Shown one piece after another: positions 53,701-64,000 of a DNA stretch of 64,000 nucleotides. The first letter of the stretch is position 1; each line of letters starts with the position of its first letter. The position numbers and the translations under genes were made by a program. Origin of the DNA: Ramazzottius varieornatus (Eukaryota; Animalia; Tardigrada); the NCBI GenBank assembly GCA_001949185.1, contig BDGG01000001.1:8688721-8752720 (forward strand), in the 5' to 3' direction. Under the pieces are notes generated by a model, which was not told the DNA's origin, did no database searches, and saw nothing but the letters and a program-made list of their open reading frames with translations.

Positions 53701-54525
53701 GGTCGCGGAGATGGAAAAGTTCGAAAGAGGCATCGTCTTGATGGATAAGAAACGCGTTCTGTTCGTGCGAAAGTCTGTGGGAAAAGTCTGATATATTCTC
53801 TACACATTCTTTTGAGAATATTTTTGTGATTTCCAGGGGTTCCGATTCGTGGACCAGGGCGTCAGGGTAGACCACCGCAGGAAACAAGAACCAGTATCGG
53901 TAAACGTGCTTCTTCAAGTCAGCATAACCAGCCAGAAAAAAATTGGTCAGCATCGAAGGGTGCTCCAAAGCCTCTCCCGATGTTATAAGCGTCCACAGCT
54001 AGCAACAAGAAAACGTTTCGGAAGGGAAAACTCATCTAAATATAACGGAGAAGTTTCTTACGAGTGCGCCTTCTTGATCTGCCAACTGTTGTTTGTCACA
54101 GTCCCGAAAAGCTTCGATGGTGTTGAAGAGTAGCAGTTTTCCTTCAGCGGGGTATGTCAAGGTATGGCTATGTTGCTTCTCGTCGTCAAACGCGTCGTAC
54201 GTGACGTCCAGCCGTGAAGAAACGGTCGACGAATTTCCTGTCGAGAATTACAGAATCCTGGTTTACGTAACTATCATGCGCATGACATCATCACAGTCCG
54301 GCTGCTCAACACTATGCCATTAAACGTCATATGCCACTTGAAAATAACGTCCGGTCAGGCTAAGCTCCTGATACCTGTGGTGTATGAGCCAGATATTCTT
54401 TTCGCAGAGGCGTCCAGACCGAAGGTTTCCAGTTTCTTCTTGCTTAGGGTCATCCAGAAATCTACGGAAACGCAGGAGGCGAATAGTTCAAACTTCAAAA
54501 CGCGGGGACCAGGTTTGTCGTCCAT
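50761..54525 (-). CDS. ATG7: Autophagy E1-like enzyme ATG7, multi-exon
   Basis: [13 protein letters not shown]; [15 protein letters not shown]; [13 protein letters not shown]; [12 protein letters not shown]; [10 protein letters not shown]; [31 protein letters not shown]; [12 protein letters not shown]. Confidence 0.97.
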
Positions 54526-55124
54526 GGTACAGCAATCGCGATTTTCGGGTCACGCAACCGAGATCGAGTAGTAACGCGAGGACGTGTCAAGCTGAAATTG
54601 CGTCCAACCCCTCGGTTTGGACTGGAAGCTGAGCCTCAGCTTGCGCTGTCCGGTGATGACAAACGCCGTCTGGTTCTGGCTCATCAGGAAGAATTTCAAT
54701 CTGGAAGAAGGAAGACAATGGAAGAATTATTCTCTCAGTAAAACTGGTTTGGAAGGAAGGTTAAGAATCAAAATTCCCTGGGCCGCTCAGCAGAGGCGCC
54801 GGTCACTCTGTCTGCAGAAATGGTCAAGTGGGTAACTAACTTAACGGGTTACTTACCTCGCAGAAAGACGGAACTTGTGGTCCGGCCCCGGACATGGCGG
54901 ACAACCGAACCTTGGCCCCCAGGGCTAGAGCAGAATCGGTGACACGGCGGCGCCGTGACGGCGCTATGCCTTCTGCAAGTGCAAGGTAAACGATTTTCAC
55001 ATCCTTCTGGGAGATCAGAATTCGGAGATTCCTCGACGCACTCAGATGATTTGTCCAACGGTATAGCTGTTATCGTCTCTTGGTCTGCAACTGACGAGAT
55101 CTACGGATCCTAAAATTGGTGAGT
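54526..55124. promoter_or_regulatory. Probable bidirectional promoter ATG7/TMEM214
   Basis: Divergent start codons about 600 bp apart. Confidence 0.5.
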
Positions 55125-58100
55125 ATGGAACCAGAAAAGGAGGTTGACGACAAGGGTAGCTGGACGACAGTGGGCAAGAAGCAGCCGAAAAAGGAAACAC
55201 GTCCTGCTGGTGACGCCTCAAAGGGGATGCCCAAAACGTCACTGGGATCGAGAACTCAACTGGACCCCAAAGAGGAGAAGGCTCGTCGTAAAGAGGAGAA
55301 GGAAAAGCGTTTCAACACCGGCAAGAAGGTGGCTGCCGCACCGGATGTCATCAGTAAACGAGGCGGTGGAGGAGATTCCACTTCGTCAGATTCTAGCGGC
55401 TCCGACCGACCAGGTAACGCAGGTAAGCTTCTTCTCCGTCATCTACTTACCTACCAAGAGAGAGGTTCTTGACAAATCGTTTCCCCTCGAGAAAGGCAGC
55501 AACCGAGTCAAAGTGTCCTGTGCGAATCTAAAAAGTTGAATTGTAACGGTTTATCAGGCAGCGCATGACGTAATGAATTATCGGCGTCTGAGGCTCTTGA
55601 TTCTTTATGTAATGCGCAAGTTTACCTGGGAAAAGGTTCAGCTTCTCGCGCATATCCTGACGGTCTTATCTTTTGTTTAAGGCCCTGCTAAGCGCGAGAA
55701 GGATGGATTCAAGGTACATTGACAGCTGGAGGAAATCTTGGCTTCGATTCATAGACGAAGTTGATGTCTTTCTAGAAGCAGGCCCCAGCGAAAGCCCCCA
55801 CAGGCGCCACTTCCAAGCCAACCGGTACGGATCTACAGACAGCGCTGAAGAAGGTAGCGTGGCATATCTCATGTTACAGAATGGACTTCGCCCTCTGGTC
55901 TGGAACGTCAGACTTTGTTCGGTGGTTGATTATCGTTTCCTGACGATTACTGTGATCTTTAGGTTGACTATAAAGCCATCATGGCGGAAGTAGAGAAGGC
56001 CAAAAGCTCTGAGGGAAATGATGCCTGGGTGCGCCGAGTGTCAGAACGGTTGAATGCGTCTCTTAGTGCAGTCCCTCTGGATGAGTCGATGTACTCAGAG
56101 CAAGGCTTCTCTTGGAGTGAGTAGCGGCGTTGATGAGTCGTCTGATGACATGTGCTTATGAAGCGATGCTTCTTTCTTTTCAGAATATCCTTTGAGTGTT
56201 GCCCCGAAAGAGACTACGAGCTTCATGAAGGTACCAACGCAGCTTGTGTGAAGAAAGGACCGACGGTATTGTTTATCTTCTTGTTGTTGTAGGATGTGTT
56301 CAAGGGTTGCCCAAACAACTTCCTGGAGAACTACGTGGACTGGTGCGTGGCGGATTCTTGCAAGAATTACCTGAGCATGAAGAAACGTAAGTCACATTCG
56401 CTGTCTACAGTTCGGGTTCGAATCCGTTAGACAAGTTTTACCCTTCTGAGCTCCTCTGACGTGCATCTCTTCTCCAGCCAGTCACGGAAGTCAGCTCATC
56501 CTGCAGTACCTTTGCTCGAATAACCCAGACATCTTTTCGTTTGACAAGAATGACGAGGTGGGAAATTTCAGCCGTGCAGTTTGTCTGTTTGTGAAGGGAC
56601 ATGTATTGATTGTCGTTGCAGCGTGTTGCCGAAGTGAGACGAATGCAGTCCAAGGACGAAACTCTCGGTGCTTTGTGGTCATATGGGCAAAGTGGTCTAT
56701 CCAGCTTTGCCAAAGGCTTCGACAGTAAGTTCGGATTGCATTTTGGACCAGACTGCATTTCGTTTTTTCAAGTGACGCATGCTCTTGGCCAGCGGCACCG
56801 AACACGTGCGCTACTTGGGACAGAAATCTTGTCACGTTTGTTTGCCTAGCCTACGATGGAACATTAATCTCGTATTGTGTTGACGTTTCAGTTTGGATCA
56901 AAATGATGTTTCCGCTGTTGAACAACAGAGTCTACACTGGCTTTGTTGTCGCATACCTGGAGAAACTTCTAGAGTAAGTTTCGCATTTTGCATAAGTCTT
57001 TCTCGATATGATTCGACGGTGCTTTGTATTTGCAGAAATCACAAAAAGCACGATTTCAGCAAGGTTGACAAGCCCACTGTCTTCCTCAACGTCTTTGACG
57101 GTTTCTTCGGTACAAACACTATCCACTTCCATAAGTCGACCAAGGCCAAGATGAACAACTCGTACATGGTTCTGAGAGAAGAACTCTTCAAAGACAAGCT
57201 CAAGGACTCGGCTGAAACGTACTTCGCTCACTTCTTGATGCGTCTGACCATGCAGCAACCGAAGGAATACCAACAGAAAGTAAGGGGAAAACACAGACGA
57301 CAAACTCAAAATGGCGCACAGTTTCAGTCCACAATACTGAGAACGTGCGCCACCTTGGCAAACCGTTTTGTCAAGCTGTTTCGCCGATCTCTCAATCACG
57401 AGAAAGGTTTCCCGAGAAAAAAAGGTACAATTTTTCGATAGGCTCGCGAGAATTTGCTGCTGTGTCTGCGTTCAAATCAGGCGTGCTTCGATCTCTGGCG
57501 CAAGAAATACCCGACTAACCTGAAAGAGTCGCAGATAGTTCTTCAGCACATTGTCGACAACGACGATGAAGACGTGCGGGCTGTTCGTAAGCTCCCAGAG
57601 TTTCACAAGTTCTTGAACTTTGTGGAGAACTACGAGTTCGTCGACGACAACGGCAAGTCCACTTTGCCGGAAAATATCCAGGACGAGACCGACCAAACGG
57701 TGGAAATCACAAAGGTTGGAAAATTCTCCCTCTACAATGGGGTTTTTCACGAAAAATTCGGAAGTAATGTTGATCTTCTGTTGCAGAAGCTGAAGCGTCA
57801 GATCAAGAAGGAAAAGAGCCGAACGGGCTGGAAGAAGTTCTTCTGGTTCCTGGTCCTGTTGGCTGCTGCGGTGGCTGGCGAAGTTTCCTACAATACTCCC
57901 GAACGTAAGTTGACTGAATCCTGCTATCTAACATGACAGAATTGCATAAAGAATTTCTGGAGTATTTGGGAGCTCCACAAGCAATCTCGACAAAAACATT
58001 CTGCCAAGTGGCGCACTTTCTCTGTGGTAACGGCCGAAAGTTTAATAGTTTTCCTAAGTGGCACATGTTTCTATTGTTAATGGCTATAAGCCTGCGCCAG

Positions 58101-58980
58101 CTGAAAAAACGATCTTATCTACTTAACGTCTCAGAACAATTCTGGTTTGCAGGTTCGTACGCTGTCAAGGCGTACGCCGTTTCGCGACCGGTTGTAGAAC
58201 AGTACTGGACGAAGGCCAAGCCCTTCATTAACCACACCTGGGAAGACTATGTCAAGCCTTTCTCCTACATGGCCGCTGTTCAGACGGGCAAAGCCATCAA
58301 CTTCACCTATCACGGTTCCATCGAGCAAGTACCGTTTCTTACATCTTGATGGTCTACCTCGTTTACGTTTGTGTTTTATCGATAGGATGTGGTCGAACAT
58401 GAAGACGCAGCTGCCACAAGTCTACGCCGGATTTCTCTTCCTGGAAAGCTACGCTCAACAAACTTGTGAACAGTTTTGGAAATGGGTCTACATTGGTCTC
58501 CGCAAGGTAACGTTGAGTTTGCTATCTTTCGAGTGTACCTGGAACGATAAAGTCTAACACGATCCCAGTCTATATTAAAATGAGCAAACTGGACAAGATG
58601 GGTGTTCCAAGTGGCGCACGCTTCTAGCCAATACAGTGACAACGTGCGCCACTTGAGAAAATAATCAAAATAGACCGGCTACCTCTCCTTGAAAAGTCCA
58701 GTTCGTTTTTACCGTTTCAGTTGGATGATGCACTGGTCGATATGCCTCCTTTGTCGCAACTCGGAGAGAAGATTCAGCCTGCCGTTGAGTAAGTTCGCTG
58801 ATTTTGTTTGTCCCTTGTCACCCGAGAAAATGTTGTTCATCGATGGTTTCTATCAGGTTCAGTCGAAAGATGATCATGGACTTCGCCTCGTACATCGGCA
58901 ACATGGTGCAATCCTACATCAGTTCGGACAGTTCTTCGACTTCCGGCAGGGCGCCATCGGCGGGCTCCAAGCATACGTGA
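55125..58980 (+). CDS. TMEM214: Transmembrane protein 214, multi-exon
   Basis: N-terminal WTTVGKK; WSYGQ; AETYFAHFL; LLLCLRSNQACFDLWRKKYPTNLKESQIVLQHI; TM helix FFWFLVLLAAAVAG. Confidence 0.82.
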
Positions 58981-59504
58981 AGTCGATGAGTCAAGAAACT
59001 AACAAGGAAAGTCGAAGCTCTGGAATATGTTTTAAAACATTTACCCGAATAATGTCGAGAGCTAAAGCATCCTTCCCGCCCTTTTTCTTTCTATTTTCTC
59101 TTGATGAAATTCCCGCTCACCTTCGGTAGCCATACAAGCAGTCTTCCATGCCTTCCGAGATCATCCCATCCAAGCATCAAGAATTTTACATCCTTCCAAA
59201 AGTGTGTGCCTTCTTCCCTTGGAACCTGGTTTTTGCTTTTATCCCAATATTTGCCCTTCGGTTTGAATCAGTCAGTTTTTTCCTGATTCAGCGATCAGTC
59301 AGTAACCTATCAACAAGTTAGATTTTATTGGACCGAAGTTGTTCACATCATTTGGAGGTACGAAAGACCAAAAATCGAGGTAGTTTAACATGTGGCTAAG
59401 TGGCAAAGAGACTTGGTTTCTAAAGGGACGTCGCATTCCGAAAGAGTCTTTTGTTTTATGGGGTAGTACCTTTCGAACAAGGGATGAAGTTAAAAAAGAA
59501 GGTT

Positions 59505-62500
59505 TCAGTCAGTGACACAGAGCTTGAGCGAATAGACAGCAGGAATGAAGAGGGTGTTGGCCGTTACCAGCACGTAGGGCAGTTCCTGGATAAGGGGATG
59601 GACTTGGCCATGGCTGACCGAGTCGATCAGGTACCATAAGGTGAAGGAAATGTAGGGCAGGCACATGATGATGAAGGTTAGGGCAATCGTTGAGAAGATT
59701 CGTAAATCCCGTTCGAAAGTGTCATCTGCAGTGCATCGAAGAAATATATATATCAAAGATAAACTGGGAGCTCGACGGTATGCTTTTGCCAAGTGGCGCA
59801 CAATCTCGGTGTTTTGGTCGGAAGAGTGCGCCACTTTAAAAAGCAATCCTTTTGAAATTCGTTTCCCGAGTGGCGCACGTATGTAGTGTTACTGGCCGTA
59901 CGTGTGCGCCACTAGGAAAAACGATCTTATCCAGTTTCTCGTCTACCGTACACTAATTCCATTTCGCGATTACAAAATCGATTCAAACTCAGTCATGATG
60001 ATTATTATTTTCCAAAAACATCATCATGTGATTTAACGCTGTAGGGAGATGGTGGAAGTTAATGAAGGTTGAAGATCCCACCTAACATGACGTAGATGCC
60101 TTCGCTTGAGCGTAGATGGATGTGTTGGGACAGGCAAACTTCGTGGTCCACGCAATCGGAGATGCTAGAGTTGGCAGGACCATTGTGCGAGTTGTACTTC
60201 TTGCTCCATGTCTGGATGGAGGAGCGCGAGGCTTGGCCCATGCTGAAGACTCGCGTCCGCATTTGCGGCTCCAGCGCCGAGTTGGTAAAGACGCGCGCCC
60301 GCGTCTGCGGCTCGAAACTCGACGAGCTGTTTTCTGGCAGAGCTGTAAACACCCAAAGGTTATTACTTCGCAATCAAATATGACGACTATTTTCGATGGT
60401 AGAGAAAGTAGGAAGGCTTCCATGTGCGTGACTGCATTACGGACTATCAACGTTTTTATGTCCCGTCATTCGTGTGGACACTGGGAGGTCGACAAGGCTA
60501 TAAACGCGGTAAAATTAGGTCGTCATGTCCGTAATCACCCCATATAGTTTCCAAATTGAACCAGGCTGGAATGATTTAACTAGTATTTTCCGTGTGAGCT
60601 ATAAAAGTTTTATTATAAAATTGAAAATCAAAAGAGTGGTGGATGAGCTTTCTGGATGAGGAAAACTTCCGGTTGACCAAATTTTCCTCACCCCTCGTTC
60701 GGTTGTTCGGTCTATCGTTCGCTTTTTATTGTTCGGTTTTTTTCACGGAATTGCCAAAAAATATTGGGGTTGCATCAAGCGCTACCAGGAAAATATGTAG
60801 TCTGACACTCTGGGCAGCTGGGGACAGTTGTGCAGTCTAGTCAGTCGGTAACTCGGATATAGAAGCTACAGTATATGGATATCATCTTGGGGAGCGCGCC
60901 CTCTGTGGGCTTCCCCATCTTGTAAACAATAAGTCCTTGACTCGAGGGAGCACTTCCTTCCGAAATTGGAAGAACCCATGGTACGAGGTAATGGGATGTG
61001 GTGTCTGTTGCGGAAGAGGTGGTGAACCCCTTGAATCCCTTGCTTGAGCAGCTGCGGCACGTGCACTGATTACCCCTAATGGGCTAAATGGGCCCAATGC
61101 AACGAAAAGTTGTTCAGTCGCCCGATAACATATCTTTAGCCCATTAGGGGTAATCAGTGCACGTGCCGCAGCTGCTCAAGCAAGGGATTCAAGGGGTTCA
61201 ATGTCTGACCAACCATACCATATTTCCGGGAAAACAAACATCTCGCCTTTACGTCATTCGTTAATTCACAAAACAACTTGTTATTCGGAAACAATGATAA
61301 GTAGCCTGATGAAAATGAATCAGCAACCTCAAAACGCTGCTTGATACACCTGCATACGCCTGACTGCTCCATCCGCACAGAGGGACGTATGCAGGTCCGT
61401 GAGGGATGTGTGGCCGGTCACCCGTACGAACGTGACTCGAGGTTGCTGAAATCGATCAGCAACCTTGGTACACTTTCTTCACGACTTCACGCACAAGGAA
61501 GTACGCAGGTGCATGAAGGATGTGTGTGGTGTGCGGGCTGACAACCTGTATCGTGTAAAGGTCGTACTTACAGTTAGTCAAAGCATACTGCTCCAGATCG
61601 TCAGGTAGGTTCTGTACGGTGTTAATGGTGCGATAGACATAGAGGTAGCAGGTAAACATGAGGGCCGAAGGGAGGATAAACATGAGGAGGAGCATGAATA
61701 TCTAAACAATATTAATCAAATCATCAAATGTTACGCTTCTCCGAAGGTGCGCCTCGCCTCGAGTAGGCGCCTCGTGTTTTTTCTACAATGGAGCTAATCT
61801 CCTTACATTATATATCCTTTCGTGATCCATCGAGCCAAAGGATTCCTGCCAAGTAGAGCCACCCAGGTATTAAATATCCAGTATTAATAATGGAAAAGGA
61901 GACAAAAGGCTAACACTCACAATGCCAATGCACTGTATCACCGTCGTTGAATATTCAGAATATCCCGCTTGGAAGATGAGCAACTACAAAATAAATGAGA
62001 GTGGAATATTAGCAGGAAAAACAGACCAGAATAGCATGACGGAAGTGGCTGGACATAATGTTCTGGCGAATTTGTTCCTAAAATTAAGGGCCTTTTGGGC
62101 GGTTTATTTTTACCTGAGGAAAGCTGCAGAGCGCGCTAAGGCTCCATGAGATGATGAAGAGGAAACGGGTGGAAGGCATTCCTCGGCCATATCCTCCTCG
62201 AAGTAGCTGCCGCACTTCCAGTAGTTTGTCCAGTGCGATGGCCGTCATGTTGTGAGCAAGGGCGTACAGTCCGAAGACTCGCAAGAACTGAAGCACTCGG
62301 CAGCCGAAATCGCCCCCGCGCCATTCGATGGTCAAACGCCAACCAATCTCGATCGGAATCGCAAAGAAACAGACAAACAGCTAAAAAAATATAATTTTAT
62401 CGTTAGGAAAAAAAACCGTGCTCCCACTTTTCGCGGGAGAAATATGTGGGGCTTCTGCCAACAATGTCGTCATTGTGATTTTTCAAGTGGCGCATGTTAT

Positions 62501-63007
62501 GTAATTGACCGGAAGAGTGCGCCACTTAGGGAACAATATGGTCCTTTCAAGTGGCGCACTTTTCCAGCCAATAAACTGACAACATGCGCCACCTGAAATC
62601 AATCTCGCCGAATGTTGGTGGCCGAGGTTCCAGATGACCTCGGACTTTTGCGGATTACTTACATTGGCGGTGACAATGTGAATCAGATGAACGTGGGTTT
62701 TTCCATGATGATTCTTTCCAGCTCGGCGAAAACACCGGACGAACATGTAGCAGTTGGCCAAGATGCCAAAGACCAGTATGGCCGAATAAACAACGACGGT
62801 ATAGTCGTGCGTCGGTTGGACGAGGTCCATCAGGTCGATGGACTCTTCTATGGCCACGCCATTACGGCGAATAGTCGTCAGGTTCTTGGACAAGACAATA
62901 TGAGCGATTCCGTCTTGTGTGGTGGAAACAAGAGGGGTTCCGGCAGGCGCTCTCTCCCTACTATGCTCCTTTGCAGCTAGCTCAAGCCATGGTCCAGTGC
63001 TCGACAT
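59505..63007 (-). CDS. Class A neuropeptide GPCR, GnRH/AKH/corazonin-receptor-like, divergent
   Basis: TM1 VVVYSAILVFGILAN; ECL1 TIEWRGGDFGCRVLQFLRVFGLY; TM4 SWSLSALCSFPQ; TM5 MFILPSALMFTCY; TM6 FIIMCLPYI; TM7 NTLFIPAVY. Confidence 0.78.
60780..61020 (-). mobile_element. Possible Tc1/mariner transposase remnant in a GPCR intron
   Basis: Frameshifted pieces FRKEVLPRVK / YCLQDGEAHRGR / PSCPEC / SDYIFSW resemble VLPxVK...FQQDGAPAH...PxSPDLNPLDYxxW. Confidence 0.3.
61023..61200. repeat. Perfect 66-bp inverted repeat with a 46-bp spacer
   Basis: 61023-61088 is the exact reverse complement of 61135-61200. Confidence 0.95.
61348..61510. repeat. Two family B units in a GPCR intron
   Basis: 61348-61396 has perfect arms; 61462-61510 has degenerate arms; both have 29-nt spacers. 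Confidence 0.75.
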
Positions 63008-64000
63008 ATTAATAATTTCGCTATTTTGCCGGGTATAGGATTCCCATCCGGTTAGTTAGCGGCACGATGGTGACAGACTCGTTGGTGTAGTGCGTCAATA
63101 ATACTATGTCATCAAAGAACAAGACGTCGCACCCTTATCGATGTAGTCAGCTCTCCGATTTCCCTTATTACGCGTTCAACACGCGGGTGGCTTACGGATA
63201 ATTCACCGTGAGCTGATTGTAGATTCACAGTTAAGAGTGAGTCACACACTTGGCTGAAGGCCTCTCTTAGAATTGTGAAGCGAAAAAGAGGAGGGTAATG
63301 AGAAAAGTGGAAATGGCAAGTGAGGAGGAACTTGAACTCATCGACAGATGAAGTTCCGTGTTATTGTGAGCACCTTCCAGCGCGATCATCATCGTTATAA
63401 TGTTAACTCTCGGTGGGAGGTTCACTGCAGCAAATGGAAAGAGGCGTACGACGGAAGCAAGTCTGTCGCAGTCCCTGACCGAGCTCTGATTACATGACCT
63501 ATACGCCAGTAAAGGCCGGTCCCTCATAGCCTGCCTTATGCAACGGGGCAACCATCTGGCTGCCGGTACAAGATACGTACCGATGGCTCAGGAAGAGTAT
63601 CGGTATACAGCAGGGAATGTTTTCCCAAGTGGCGCAAGTTTTCACTGTTATTGGCTGGATGAGTGCGCCACTTGGGAAGACGATGTGGTTGAGTTTGATT
63701 GTTTTACCAAGTGGCGCACGCTCGTGGCATTACTGACTGGAAGTGTGCGCCACTTGGACAAAGGACCTTCCCTTTTCCTTTTGCGGTGCTCCCATCTGGG
63801 TACATACTGTTGTTACCAGGAGGGAATATTAGATTGGGTGTTGCGTGTCGGCTCAGCGCGGAAAAAAGGAATCACGCTCTGCCGGCTGACAGGAGAAAAC
63901 AAGGGAAGGAAGCAAAGGTCGTTGCACATTTAGTCAACCGCTGCGGACTTGGAAGGTTTTACACTCTAGCTTACTCATGCTTCAATGACTCGCTCTAGTA

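Larger units (their letters stand above)
600..63756. repeat. Dispersed palindromic family A, CAAGTGGCGCAC-N25-GTGCGCCACTTG; the span covers all copies (roughly 60 units, about 40 clusters), intronic or intergenic
   Basis: Units at approximately 631, 713, 1477, 1648, 3061, 3895, 3981, 6184, 9896, 12223, 15330-15510, 17464, 18731, 18812, 19565, 20254, 21592, 26380/26462/26544, 28184, 30908, 30987, 31939, 32788, 34626, 35232, 35939, 39184, 39900, 43034, 44118, 45569-45784, 46532, 47861-48138, 51337, 51797, 53081, 56769, 57309, 58005, 58608, 59790, 62483, 63626/63708. Confidence 0.95.

Noticed and set aside
600-63756. Family A or B as CRISPR arrays
   Set aside because: The context is eukaryotic and intronic, the arms are inverted rather than direct repeats, there are at most 4 units per cluster, and no cas genes are present.
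600-63756. Short ORFs sharing KWRT / VRHL / CATW / SGAR peptides as a protein family
   Set aside because: These peptides are translations of the family A palindrome inside introns.
600-63756. Family A as a strict introner supplying its own splice sites
   Set aside because: Element ends lie at variable distances from the GT/AG boundaries and some copies are intergenic. Ancient intron gain is not excluded.

Overview
Gene-dense eukaryotic (bilaterian invertebrate; tardigrade-like is only a guess) genomic DNA with short GT-AG introns. Genes in order: divergent Upf1/senataxin-like (pseudo)helicase (-), NDUFV3 (+), alpha-1,3-fucosyltransferase (+), guanylate-cyclase relic (-), Mpv17-like (+), CCDC96-like (-), Nck (+), ZP-domain/cuticlin-like (-), SDE2 (-), MRPL39 (+), Ly6-like Cys-rich protein (-), SNRNP200/Brr2 (-, hosting three predicted H/ACA snoRNAs), a decayed partial MRPL39 duplicate, eIF3d (-), SURF1 (+), SoxE (-), ATG7 (-), TMEM214 (+) and an atypical GnRH/AKH-type GPCR (-). 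The most striking non-genic signal is a set of inverted-repeat elements with near-fixed spacer lengths that occupy almost every intron longer than about 150 bp. Family A is CAAGTGGCGCAC-N25-GTGCGCCACTTG (roughly 60 units in about 40 clusters, ~80-82 bp tandem period). Family B is ACCTGCATAC-N29/30-GTATGCAGGT with unrelated spacers. Family C is CATGACGTCA-N52-54-TGACGTCATG. All coordinates and counts were read by eye; gene spans include introns.
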